Shown in pieces: positions 1 to 10,927 of a stretch of DNA of 64,000 nucleotides. The DNA is from Rhynchopus sp. YZ270_cl-10 (taxonomy: Eukaryota), in assembly GCA_964035575.1 (NCBI GenBank), contig OZ037841.1:248001-312000 (forward strand), written 5' to 3'. Position 1 is the stretch's first letter. Every line of letters begins with the position of its first letter. The translations under genes and the position numbers were made by a program. The notes under the pieces were generated by a model. It was not told the DNA's origin and did no database searches. It was given only the letters and a program-made list of their open reading frames with translations.

Positions 1-3000
1 GTACGTGATCTGAAGTCTGCCAACACAGCTCAGGGTCCAGCACGTCTCGGCACCTGGAGAAAGCGAAGTGTCCAGAGACCCAGACAGCGCACTCAGGGTC
101 GTGCATGGTCCAGCAGATGACGGTGTTGGTGTGATGGGTGTGATCGGAGGTGACGGTGTGGGAGGTGCCGTAGGTGCCCCATCCATGCAGACGTAGTCAA
201 AGTCAAGAGACCCGTTGCCAGTCACGTACCAACCAGAACGGAACTGCACAAGCACCGATCCTGCAAAGGTGTAGCTGGTGTCGTTCTTCTCACCAGACTC
301 GTGGAAAGGGAAGCCAGTGATCTCGTCTCCCTCCATTTCGTACACATTCACGAAGTCTGTGCCAGCAGTGGTGTCGAACGTGTTGAACCTGATCCCAACC
401 CTGCCACCTTCACATGCAATCGACCAACACTCGGTTGATGATGTCTGTGTGCTCAAGGTGCCTGAGCTGGGCAGTGACGTCGTGGTCGGGCAGGATGGTG
501 TGAAGTTGAAGGGAGCAGGGTTGAGATACGAAAGCTGAGGAGCTGCCATGTTGCATCCCCACGAGTACTGGACACCTCCACACCCACCACGGTAGCAGTT
601 TCTGCCCTGAGCAAAGATGGTCACGTTCCCGTCAGCTGTGAACCTTGTGGTTCCGAAATGTGGAGCATAAGCGTTGGTGTGCAACATTTCCTCGTCACCA
701 CTATTGATCCAGAAGTATCCAACGTAGAACATCCGGTAGTTCATCTCAAGTGTTCCGTTGCAGGAAATGGTGTTCTCCAGTGGCACGTTGAAGTAACTGT
801 AGCCCAGGTTAGGTGTCACGATGCCACTGTCAGGAGCAGAGTTGTTGTCGTAAGTGGCGTTAGCAGCATCAATCTCAGGTGCATCCATCCCACAACCCCA
901 AGAGAACTCCACAGAGCTGCTGCAGTCGCCACTCACACACGCATCCACAGCTGCTGTCAGCTTCACATCCCAGTATGCGTTGAACGTCACAGAGTTGTAA
1001 TGTGCGTCTGTCCTCAGTGCAGTTGTTGTCCCGTTCTCAACCACAAACTTACCAACAAAGCTGGGGTTGTACGTGATCTGAAGTCTGCCAACACAGCTCA
1101 GGGTCCAGCACGTCTCAGCACCTGATGGCAGTGAGGTGTTGTCCACAGTCCCAGACAGTGCACTCAGGGTCGTGCATGGTCCAGCAGATGACGGTGTTGG
1201 TGTGATGGGTGTGATCGGAGGTGACGGTGTGGGAGGTGCCGTAGGTGCCCCATCCATGCAGACGTAGTCAAAGTCAAGAGACTCGTTGCCAGTCACGTAC
1301 CAACCAGAACGGAACTGCACAAGCACCGATCCTGCAAAGGTGTAGCTGGTGTCGTTCTTCTCACCAGACTCGTGGAAAGGGAAGCCAGTGATCTCGTCTC
1401 CCTCCATTTCGTACACATTCACGTAGTCTGTGCCAGCAGTGGTGTCGAACGTGTTGAACCTGATCCCAACCCTGCCACCTTCACATGCAATCGACCAACA
1501 CTCGGTTGACGATGTCTGTGTGCTCAAGGTGCCTGAGGTGGGCAGTGACGTCGTGGTCGGGCAGGATGGTGTGAAGTTGAAGGCAGCAGGGTTGCTCATC
1601 GATATCTGAGGTGCTGCCATGTTGCATCCCCACGAGTACTGGACACCTCCACACCCACCACGGTAGCAGTTTCTGCCCTGAGCAAGGAAGGACACGTTCC
1701 CGTCAGCTGTGAACCGTGTGGTTCCGAAGTGTGGGCCGTACGCAGTTGTGTAAAACACCTGTGCATCCTCGTTGTTCACAGAGAAGTTTCCAACGTAGAA
1801 CAGCTGGTAGTTCATCTCAAGTGTTCCGTTGCAGGAAATGGTGTTCACCAGTGGTGTGTCGTAGTAAATGTAGCCCAGGTTAGGTGTCACTGTGGCACTG
1901 TCAGGAGCAGAGCTGTTGTCGTAAGTGGCGTTAGCAGCAACAATCTCAGGTGCATCCATCCCACAACCCCAAGAGAACTCCACAGAGCTGCTGCAGTCGC
2001 CACCCACACACGCATCCACGGCTGCTGTCAGCTTCACATCCCAGTATGCGTTGAACGTCACAGAGTTGTAATGTGCGTCTGTCCTCAGTGCAGTTGTTGT
2101 CCCGTTCTCAACCACAAACTTACCAACAAAGCTGGGGTTGTACGTGATCTGAAGTCTGCCAACACAGCTCAGGGTCCAGCACGTCTCTTCACCTGATGGC
2201 AGTGACGTGTTGCCCACAGTCCCAGACAGCGCACTCAGGGTCGTGCATGGTCCAGCAGATGTTGGTGTTGGTGTGATGGGTGTGATTGGAGGTGACGGTG
2301 TGTTAGGCGCAAACGAATGCGCAGTGTTCGAACAGAAGTAGTCGAACGCAAGATCGCCGTTCCCAGTGCGCCAGTTGGCCCTGAACTGCATCAGGACGGA
2401 TCCTGAGAAGGTGTAAGTGGCAGTGTCGTTCTTCTCACCAGTCTCGTGGAAAGGGAAGCCAGTGATCTCGTCTCCCTCCATTTCGTACACATTCACGTAG
2501 TCTGATGTGCTGAACTCGTTGAACCTGATCGCAACGTTCCCACCGTCACATGGGATCTCCCAACACTCGGTCGCTGTGGCGTGTGTGTCCACTGTGCCTG
2601 CGCCTTCCAGTGTTGTGTTGCTTGGACAAGAGGGTGTGAAGTTGAAGGGAGCAGGGTTGAGATACGAAAGCTGAGGAGCTGCCATGTTGCATCCCCACGA
2701 GTACTGGACACCTCCACACCCACCACGGTAGCAGTTTCTGCCCTGAGCAAAGATGGTCACGTTCCCGTCAGCTGTGAACCTTGTGGTTCCGAAGTGTGGA
2801 GCATAAGCGTTGGTGTGCAACATTTCTTCGTCACCACTATTGATCCAGAAGTATCCAACGTAGAACATCCGGTAGTTCATCTCAAGTGTTCCGTTGCAGG
2901 AAATGGTGTTCTCCAGTGGCACGTTGAAGTAACTGTAGCCCAGGTTAGGTGTCACGATGCCACTGTCAGGAGCAGAGCTGTTGTCGGAAGTGGCGTTAGC

Positions 3001-3348
3001 AGCATCAATCTCAGGTGCATCCATCCCACAACCCCAAGAGAACTCCACAGACCTGCTGCAGTCGCCACCCACACACGCATCCACGGCTGCTGTCAGCTTC
3101 ACATCCCAGTATGCGTTGAACGTCACAGAGTTGTATTGTGCGTCTGTCCTCAGTGCAGTTGTTGTCCCGTTCTCAACCACAAACTTACCAACAAAGCTGG
3201 GGTTGTACGTGATCTGAAGTCTGCCAACACAGCTCAGGGTCCAGCACGTCTCGGCACCTGATGGCAGTGAGGTGTTGTCGACAGTACCAGACAGCCCGCT
3301 CAAGGGTGTACACTGCAGCATTAGAGCAGGAAGGAGAAAGGTTAACAT
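1..3348 (-). CDS. CUB-like-module surface protein, paralog 1 (3' end runs off the window)
   Basis: ATG at 3348 gives MLTFLLPALMLQCTPLSGLSGTV. Tandem modules are spaced 1065/1071/1068 nt (all multiples of 3) and match the modules of the neighbouring long ORFs. Absent from the ORF track because no stop falls inside the window. Confidence 0.85.
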   Translation of the reverse strand, partial: MLTFLLPALMLQCTPLSGLSGTVDNTSLPSGAETCWTLSCVGRLQITYNPSFVGKFVVENGTTTALRTDAQYNSVTFNAYWDVKLTAAVDACVGGDCSRSVEFSWGCGMDAPEIDAANATSDNSSAPDSGIVTPNLGYSYFNVPLENTISCNGTLEMNYRMFYVGYFWINSGDEEMLHTNAYAPHFGTTRFTADGNVTIFAQGRNCYRGGCGGVQYSWGCNMAAPQLSYLNPAPFNFTPSCPSNTTLEGAGTVDTHATATECWEIPCDGGNVAIRFNEFSTSDYVNVYEMEGDEITGFPFHETGEKNDTATYTFSGSVLMQFRANWRTGNGDLAFDYFCSNTAHSFAPNTPSPPITPITPTPTSAGPCTTLSALSGTVGNTSLPSGEETCWTLSCVGRLQITYNPSFVGKFVVENGTTTALRTDAHYNSVTFNAYWDVKLTAAVDACVGGDCSSSVEFSWGCGMDAPEIVAANATYDNSSAPDSATVTPNLGYIYYDTPLVNTISCNGTLEMNYQLFYVGNFSVNNEDAQVFYTTAYGPHFGTTRFTADGNVSFLAQGRNCYRGGCGGVQYSWGCNMAAPQISMSNPAAFNFTPSCPTTTSLPTSGTLSTQTSSTECWSIACEGGRVGIRFNTFDTTAGTDYVNVYEMEGDEITGFPFHESGEKNDTSYTFAGSVLVQFRSGWYVTGNESLDFDYVCMDGAPTAPPTPSPPITPITPTPSSAGPCTTLSALSGTVDNTSLPSGAETCWTLSCVGRLQITYNPSFVGKFVVENGTTTALRTDAHYNSVTFNAYWDVKLTAAVDACVSGDCSSSVEFSWGCGMDAPEIDAANATYDNNSAPDSGIVTPNLGYSYFNVPLENTISCNGTLEMNYRMFYVGYFWINSGDEEMLHTNAYAPHFGTTRFTADGNVTIFAQGRNCYRGGCGGVQYSWGCNMAAPQLSYLNPAPFNFTPSCPTTTSLPSSGTLSTQTSSTECWSIACEGGRVGIRFNTFDTTAGTDFVNVYEMEGDEITGFPFHESGEKNDTSYTFAGSVLVQFRSGWYVTGNGSLDFDYVCMDGAPTAPPTPSPPITPITPTPSSAGPCTTLSALSGSLDTSLSPGAETCWTLSCVGRLQITY

Positions 3349-3974
3349 TTTGCTTTTTGTTTTGGAGAATATCTGTATTTTGTGTGTAAATGAATGACTG
3401 TGCTCTGCCTTTACGTTAGTACAGAGGACGCTACGGTGCTGGGAATGAGGAAGGGGAAAACACAACCGTATCGGAAGAGAAGGGGAATACAAAGAGTACC
3501 GGTAAGAGGATCCTCAACAGTGCAGCTCTCACCTGCGCTGTACACCTTTTGATGTATTGAATCGTATGCACAGACGCATACATGGCACGAAGTGTACACG
3601 ACCGAGGACACGACTGGATGACCACCATACAAGGTGCACATGGTGTCTGCTATAGCTGTGGGTGAGGAATCAGCATCAACTAGTAATCCCCGCAGGACTG
3701 GATACTTGAGTGCCTGTTGGGATATGTAACGCTCATTTAGTGTCATGGCATGACGGAGGAATCGTGACATTACAAGCTTTGTGCTTTGACCTATGAAAAA
3801 TGAATTACCCCCTTTCCCTGCTCTATTCATGTGTCGTTTGTTTGTTGATCGCATCCATTATTGTGAACCCCAGAGGAAACGGGTGTGACTCATGACATCG
3901 AAGTACGTGTACACCTTATACTCTATTTTATGAATTTCTAAGTTAAGGATTGGCCAAAATCGCAAAATTGAACG

Positions 3975-4060
3975 CAGTGAGGTGTTGTCCACAGTCCCAG
4001 ACAGCCCGCTCAAGGGTGTACACTGCAGCATTAGAGCAGGAAGGAGAAAGGTTAACATTT
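3975..4060 (-). pseudogene. Orphan duplicate of the first ~28 codons (signal peptide) of paralog 1
   Basis: Near-identical to 3265-3350; homology stops abruptly after GTVDNTSL. Confidence 0.75.
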
Positions 4061-4768
4061 TTTGACTGGGAAGATTGGGGGGAGGGGTACTGTGCAAGCG
4101 TTCAGGTACTGGCTGCAAGAGAGACATAGCTTCGGAGCTTCGGAGCTTCGGCAAGGAGAGAGCTTGCGGAAGAGTACTAATACGTACGCGAGAAATGGGA
4201 AGATCACATGCGTCTTTTTGTGTGGACAAGACGGAACGAGCTACAGAACAGAACATGTGGACGGAACACGAATATGTAACATAATTGAAAAAGGGGCAAT
4301 AAGAGGTGGCGATGCTGAGTAAAATATTTTCCCCCAACAGTGCATTATAATCACGCTGGAGATCACAAAATAGTGAAATTATTACGCATCCACTCAACGT
4401 TTGGATAAAGAAAACCAGAGACGAAAGAGGGTTTGGGGGGAAGGGTTTAATTCTTTGAACGCATCCCACACTCAGTCACACACACTTTTTTTTTTCGAAA
4501 AAAGGGAAAAGTCAACAAACGCTGCTCGCAATCATGAACGAAAAATTGACGAATTTCCTGATGTGTCATGTGTGTGTGTGATGTTCGGAGGGAAAAACGA
4601 CTCGTGGTTAATGAAAAATTTCACTAGAAATGCACATTTCTTGTATAAAAATATTTGCACTAAAGGTGCATTAACAGTGTGCAGGATACTCGAATTCGAA
4701 ATGAAAACCCTGACAAAAACATAGCACACACCACACCCATGTGTGCCCATGTGTCAATGTTCCCTTTT

Positions 4769-5033
4769 CGGCAAGAAAGCGTTCTCTTGTGTAATGTAAC
4801 GTTGCAACCGACACCTTTGCAAATAAACGCACATTAATTAGGAATTCTTTTGAACGTTGTTTCGACTCTGTTGTCCCCTCACCCATGAAGGATAAGGCAA
4901 ACCGCAAGAGCTGTGTGTGCATCTCAGGTGTGCACACCTTCACCACGACACTCTCCAGGTTTGCCTGCAACACAGCAGAGGACTGCACAGTCGTACAGTT
5001 CAAGATTGAGACGAAGCAAGAAGCAGTTTTTGT
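4769..5033. repeat. Conserved intergenic block, copy 1 of 4
   Basis: Near-identical to 9556-9820, 26009-26270 and 30874-31140. The latter three share ~140 further nt. Confidence 0.9.
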
Positions 5034-5689
5034 GGGGTTTCTTATGTTTTCGTTGTATAGTTCTTGTGACGAAAACCTTAACGTACACTCTGCTTGTGTA
5101 TACGAAAAGACCTTCTAAGATATGATACAATGCCGTATCTCCGAAAACAAAAAAACCTTCTGAAGACAAGTTCAGGGCAGCCAGGTGGGGTAAAGAGAAA
5201 AGGAAAGTAGTTGAAACGTAAACGCAGCTCGGTCGAGGGGGAAAAAGTTTATAATATGAACCTAAGCCTCTCATGCTTGGTCTCCGTGAGTTCTTATTTT
5301 CATGAAAAATAAAGTGAAGTTAAAACATATTTGTTTGACTTTACACTCATGGGATGGCAGCCACAAATTTTTCGTTTGCAGGATCCCCAATAAAAGCAAG
5401 GTTTGTCAGATGACCCTGAGCCTCGTGTGTAGTCACCTTGAAAAAAAAGAGCAATAAAAAAGGAGGCCAGTTTTGCAGGTATTTGCACAAAGGCCTTCAT
5501 TATCTGATTGAGGGTCGCACACACGTTTCCTATAGCAGTGCCTGCAAAAGCTCTGATACTGACCTTCTCGGGAAAAGAGAACTTAACTTTGTTGGAATGC
5601 CCAATCATCCTGTGGCAAGAGTCAGTGTGTGAGCAATTAAAAAAAAACATAAATAAACCCAAGAAAAAATAATCATAAGGGGGCAAAAG

Positions 5690-6028
5690 AGAGCAACGGA
5701 AAACATTCACAAAGGGGAGACACAAATAAAGACTTCAGCAGCGCACCGCCCCGAAAGGGCACTTCATCTAGATCAAGTTCTTGGCTTGAGATGAAGGTCA
5801 TTTGCTGACATGGAGCGGTGTCGCAACTCACCCGTCCAAGGACGGCTGCGCAGGGAAGCTTCAAAAATAAACACAACTGCAACACAAAACAAAAACCATA
5901 AGTACAGAGAAAAAAATAGTAAGAACATAGAACTGTGGCCACCTCTTAAACCGTTTTGCTCGAAGCGCAGTACATCTCCGAGGGGAGAGAAACGGATGTG
6001 GGATGGTTGAGTAACATAGTTCGAAAAC
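5690..6028. repeat. ~340-bp duplication of the paralog 2 downstream region (second copy 8931-9268)
   Basis: Appears identical by eye. The second copy is fused to a ~105-nt coding-module fragment (9269-9375, similar to 6660-6765). Confidence 0.9.
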
Positions 6029-6109
6029 AGAAACAACGTTGTGGGGCACAGGGTAGGGGTATGGAGGCGATGTTAACGGGCAAAAAAGACGTTGCCGCTT
6101 CATGACTAT

Positions 6110-8647
6110 TCATTGACAGGTCAGAGAAGGTTCCTCGTGTTCTCCCTCTGCAGAGATAATGCTTTCACTAAGTGCATCAGCCTTTGCATTCTTATTTTTA
6201 CAAACAAGCAGCGCAATGACAACCAGCAAAGCAACACCACCCACGCAGATCCCCACGATAGCGCCAACAGGGAAGCCATCGTCACCCCCAGGTGTCGGTG
6301 AGCGTGAGGTGCACGTGTTCGTCTCTGTGTCGCATATTTCCCTGGCGCCGTACTTCCGACAGTCCGCGTTCGAAGCACACCAGTGTGACGGCAAAGTGGG
6401 CGTAGTCGCAGGCATGCACACATAGTTATAGCTAAGAGCACTGTTGCGTGGCTGGTAATTGTGTCCAGTACGGAACTGCACAAGCACCGATCCTGCAAAG
6501 GTGTAGCTGGTCTCGTTCATCTCACCAGACTTGTGGAAAGGGAAGCCAGTGATCTCGTCTCCCTCCATTTCGTACACGTTCACATAGTCCGAGTAGTCGG
6601 TATCATTCACGTAGTCCTCGGGGTCACTAATCTTGAAGTCTGTGAAGGTGATCCCAACCCTGCCACCTTCACATGCAATGTCCCAGCACCTCGTAGTGTT
6701 GTCCAGCATCTCCACGCTGCCTGTGCTGTCTAGTTTCGTTGTCCAGTGACACGACGGTGTGAAGTTGGAAGGAGGAGGGTTAACTTTCGCCAGCTCAGGC
6801 GCAGGCATGTTGCATCCCCAAGTGTACTCGAAAGGTCCACACCCGATTCGGTAACATTGTGTGCCCTGAGCAAGGAAGGACACGTTCCCGTCAGATGTGA
6901 ACCTTGTGGTTCCGAAGTGTGCACTGTCCGCGTTTGTGTAAAAGACTTCTGCATCTCCGTTGTCCACCCAGAACTTTCCGTAGTACGACAGCACGTAATT
7001 CATCTCAAGAGTACCTTTGCAGGAAATGGTGTTCACCAGTGAATTGTTGCCATCTAGTTGAGGAGAAACTCTACCGTTCGAGCGTTTGCGGTCAACGTCG
7101 TAAGCATCATCAGTGGTATTAGCAGCCGCAATCGCAGGAGCATCCATCCCACAACCCCACGAGAACTCAACACGGTTCCCGCAGTCGCTGTTCCCACAAC
7201 CGTTCACAGCTGCTGTCAGCTTCACATCCCAGTATGCGTTGAAGGTAATCATATTGTAACGTGTGTTTGTCTTCAACGTGTCTCTGATCCCGTTGTCCAC
7301 CACAAACTCTCCATCGAACTTGGGGTTGTACGTGATCTGAAGTCTGCCAACACAGCTCAGAGTCCAGCACGTCTCGGCACCTGATGGCAGTGACGTGTCC
7401 ACAGTCCCAGACAGCGCACTCAGGGTAGTGCATGGTCCAGCAGATGTCGGTGTTGGTGTGATAGGCACAATGGGCGGCGCCGGAGTGGTTGGAGGTGCCG
7501 TAGGTGCAGGTGTGGGTACTGCTGTGGGCGGTGCGACACCACCGACGCAGACGTAGTCAAACTCCAGTGTCTTCCCCATGGCTGTGTACCAGCTGAAAAC
7601 GTAGAACTGCAAGATGACAGTCCCCGAAAAGCTGTGAGTGACATCCTGCACCTCACCTGACTCGTGAAACGCAAACTCAGCCACCTTACCATCAACCATC
7701 TCGTACACATTCATGTAGTTCTTGTCCAAACGTGTATTGAAGTATGTGAACGTGATGTCAACTCTGCCTTGGTTGCACGCAATCTCCCAACACTCAGTCC
7801 CTGTCGTATTTGTGCTGACACTGCCTGCAAGACCCAGTGTGTTGTGTGTTCCGCACGCCGGTTCGAACGTGTAAGGACGCAGGTTGCCGTTGCCCAACGC
7901 TGGTGCGGCCTCATTGCACCCCCACGAGTATCTGAAGTATCCACAGGTACCACCCCGGATGCACAGCGTCGTACCTATGGCAAAGAAGGTCACGTTCCCG
8001 TCTGCCTCGAACCTCGTCGTGCCGGCGTGTGGACCGAACATGTTTACACGAGCAATCTCCGTGTCGTTGGTGGTGACCCAGAAACTGCCATATTTAAGGA
8101 AGGTGTAGCTGAGCTCAACAGTGCCGTGGCAAGTCATGGTGTTGTTGTATGGTGGGTCGTAGAAGTTATAGAAATACGGCGACAGTGTTGCATTTGTGGC
8201 AACTTCACCTGAACGGGGAACGATCTCGGGCACATCAATCTCAGGTGCATCCATCCCACAACCCCAAGAGAACTCCACAGAGCTGTTGCAGTCGCCACTC
8301 ACACACGCATCCACAGTTGCTGTCAGCACGACATCCCAGTGTGCACCGAAAGCAGAGCGAGTGTACTGTGCTTTCGAGCGGACGGCTGTGTAGGTACCGT
8401 TTTGCACCACAACCTCACCCTCGTAGTTGGGGTTGAACACAATCTCAAACACTCCAACACACTGCACAGTCCAGCATGTCACTGCACCTGTTGGAAGCGA
8501 CGTGTTCACAGTCCCAGACAGCGCACTCAGGTTCGTGCATGGTCCATCATATGCCGGTGTTGATGTGATGGGAGCAGGCGGAGGGTAGAGTGTGTGGGGT
8601 GTTGATGTGGACTGCAGCACAAGAACAGGAACGAGGAAGTTTAACAT
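6110..8647 (-). CDS. CUB-like-module type I membrane protein, paralog 2 (2 modules, short Cys-rich segment, TM)
   Basis: 882-aa ORF; likely start MLNFLVPVLVLQ at 8647. CUB-like pattern ECWEIAC..GRV.I.F..F....DYVNVYE...SG......[30 protein letters not shown]. Confidence 0.9.
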   Translation of the reverse strand: MLNFLVPVLVLQSTSTPHTLYPPPAPITSTPAYDGPCTNLSALSGTVNTSLPTGAVTCWTVQCVGVFEIVFNPNYEGEVVVQNGTYTAVRSKAQYTRSAFGAHWDVVLTATVDACVSGDCNSSVEFSWGCGMDAPEIDVPEIVPRSGEVATNATLSPYFYNFYDPPYNNTMTCHGTVELSYTFLKYGSFWVTTNDTEIARVNMFGPHAGTTRFEADGNVTFFAIGTTLCIRGGTCGYFRYSWGCNEAAPALGNGNLRPYTFEPACGTHNTLGLAGSVSTNTTGTECWEIACNQGRVDITFTYFNTRLDKNYMNVYEMVDGKVAEFAFHESGEVQDVTHSFSGTVILQFYVFSWYTAMGKTLEFDYVCVGGVAPPTAVPTPAPTAPPTTPAPPIVPITPTPTSAGPCTTLSALSGTVDTSLPSGAETCWTLSCVGRLQITYNPKFDGEFVVDNGIRDTLKTNTRYNMITFNAYWDVKLTAAVNGCGNSDCGNRVEFSWGCGMDAPAIAAANTTDDAYDVDRKRSNGRVSPQLDGNNSLVNTISCKGTLEMNYVLSYYGKFWVDNGDAEVFYTNADSAHFGTTRFTSDGNVSFLAQGTQCYRIGCGPFEYTWGCNMPAPELAKVNPPPSNFTPSCHWTTKLDSTGSVEMLDNTTRCWDIACEGGRVGITFTDFKISDPEDYVNDTDYSDYVNVYEMEGDEITGFPFHKSGEMNETSYTFAGSVLVQFRTGHNYQPRNSALSYNYVCMPATTPTLPSHWCASNADCRKYGAREICDTETNTCTSRSPTPGGDDGFPVGAIVGICVGGVALLVVIALLVCKNKNAKADALSESIISAEGEHEEPSLTCQ

Positions 8648-9555
8648 TATTGGTATATTAGTCTTACCTGTGGTGAAGGGTGTGAAGGTGGTTCTAAAAA
8701 CTCTGTTACAAACGCGCCCTGAACTCAACAACACAGCTTTTATTTGTTGTTGCTGCACTCAACGTGCGGTGTACACAAAAGTGGCACCAAAGCGTGGGAA
8801 AAGTGTAGGTAGAAGGATAACGGGCATCCTGTCACTTCATCAGTACATGCTCAAAAGACTATAAACGGGAGGGGGGAAAATACAGGTTGTTTGTTGTTAG
8901 CTTCCACTTGAAAAGGGGGGAGTAGATCAGAGAGCAACGGAAAACATTCACAAAGGGGAGACACAAATAAAGACTTCAGCAGCGCACCGCCCCGAAAGGG
9001 CACTTCATCTAGATCAAGTTCTTGGCTTGAGATGAAGGTCATTTGCTGACATGGAGCGGTGTCGCAACTCACCCGTCCAAGGACGGCTGCGCAGGGAAGC
9101 TTCAAAAATAAACACAACTGCAACACAAAACAAAAACCATAAGTACAGAGAAAAAAATAGTAAGAACATAGAACTGTGGCCACCTCTTAAACCGTTTTGC
9201 TCGAAGCGCAGTACATCTCCGAGGGGAGAGAAACGGATGTGGGATGGTTGAGTAACATAGTTCGAAAACTGCCACCTTCACGTGCAATGTCCCAGCACCT
9301 CGTGGTGTTGTCCAGTATCTCCACGCTGCCTGCTGGCCAGTTTCGTTGTCCAGTGACACGACGGTGTGAAGTTAAATGCAAAGTGATGTTGGTAGTGACG
9401 CAGGCACTGATGTATAAACGGGGTAACCAAAGAAAGCACGAAATAAAATAACAGTAGATATAAAACGATGCTCTCACATTCGAAAAAAAAAACGCCTGAC
9501 AAAAACATAGCACACACCACACCCATGTGTGTCCATGTGTCGAGGTTACCTTATC

Positions 9556-9960
9556 GGCAAGAAAGCGTTCTCTTGTGTAATGTAACGTTGCAACCGACAC
9601 CTTTGCAAATAAACGCACATTAATTAGGAATTCTTTTGAACGTTGTTTCGACTCTGTTGTCCCCTCACCCATGAAGGATAAGGCAAACCGCAAGAGCTGT
9701 GTGTGCATCTCAGGTGTGCACACCTTCACCACGACACTCTCCAGGTTTGCCTGCAACACAGCAGAGGACTGCACAGTCGTACAGTTCAAGATTGAGACGA
9801 AGCAAGAAGCAGTTTTTGTGTACCAGCACTACTTACAAAAAGCCTTCCGGTGGAGATGGGAGTGGCTGTTCTATGATGGGTGGCAATGTAGTGTCCACCC
9901 ACTCAAAGAAACAACCACACTTCTGAAAACAAAAACATATTTCAGGGCAGCCAGGAATAG
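9556..9960. repeat. Conserved intergenic block, copy 2 of 4
   Basis: Near-identical to the copies at 4769, 26009 and 30874. Confidence 0.9.
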
Positions 9961-10326
9961 GAAAAAAATGGTCACACTTGAGCAGTCGAAAGTGCAAAGC
10001 ACACACACTCACAGAGACGTAAACGCGGGGGGGGACAAGAGAAAATGAAAAGGTGGAGGGGAGGAAAATACGAGGCAGTCAGAAAGCAAAAAAAGGTAAA
10101 GTTCAGTCAGATGCACTACACGAATTCTTTATCACCTTAAAAAACAGCGAAAAGTTAAATGATTGGTGTTACCGAAATCCTGTCTGTCAGGAACCGGTTA
10201 ATATCGGCATTTTCCGGAACACTGATGATGAATAAAAATTAAAAAAAATAGGGTGTCAAATGTATAACCCTTGTGTATATGTGTATACATTTGACTTTCA
10301 CCCAAAAAATAATAAAACGTACAATA

Positions 10327-10436
10327 CTCATACTTGGACCGCCGAAATATATGTCGGGCACTTCGGTCGCTTGGGACCCGCCCGAAAAATGGGTCCGAAT
10401 TCGCCCGACATATATTTCGGGCGGTCCAAGTATGAA
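10327..10436. mobile_element. ~110-bp MITE with TA flanks (Tc1/mariner-type derivative)
   Basis: TA|CTCATACTTGGACCGCCGAAATATATGTCGGGC ... GCCCGACATATATTTCGGGCGGTCCAAGTATGAA|TA; ~33-bp TIRs. Confidence 0.8.
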
Positions 10437-10447
10437 TAGTAGGGTAG

Positions 10448-10626
10448 GGTGATTTGGGTTCTTTTTTCAGAAAAATTCACTCGGATTCACGTAAATTCAC
10501 AAAAATAGTCACAACGAGGCGGAAAGAAACACATGTTACTTAATCTTTGTGAATATTTGTGATTTCAGGTGGATTTTTGTGAATCCCGAGTGAATCTTCC
10601 TCAAAATAAAAAAGACGCCAATCACC
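10448..10626. mobile_element. Degenerate MITE-like inverted repeat
   Basis: GGTGATTTGGGTTCTTTTTT..ATTCACTCGGATTCAC is the imperfect reverse complement of GTGAATCCCGAGTGAAT..AAAAAAGACGCCAATCACC. No clear TSD. Confidence 0.5.
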
Positions 10627-10927
10627 ACAGAAAGTGTATACTGCACGAAAAACGACAAGAAAATCTGAAGAAGTTCACCTCAAAGTCGTAAAAAACTTAC
10701 ACTCCTTTTATAGAGTTCCCTGAGTTTCGTCCCTTCTGCATCCATTTACTACACCGGAGTGCGTATCTGACACAGAGTGTTTCGCAGTGATGCGGCAACG
10801 AAGCCACAGAACAAAGCATACACAACACAGCTCGAAAAGGTGCTGCGTCGTGCAATGCGGTAAAAAAAAAAAAAGAGAAACATTCAAATTCAATGCATGA
10901 TCACTCACACAGCGCTCCTGCAGGTGT

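Noticed and set aside
3411..4469. 147-aa and 203-aa minus-strand ORFs
   Set aside because: No recognisable motifs; the longer one only incorporates the orphan leader duplicate.
5761..5802. SECIS or hammerhead reading of the hairpin
   Set aside because: No GA quartet partner, no CUGANGA core, and no in-frame TGA in the upstream gene.
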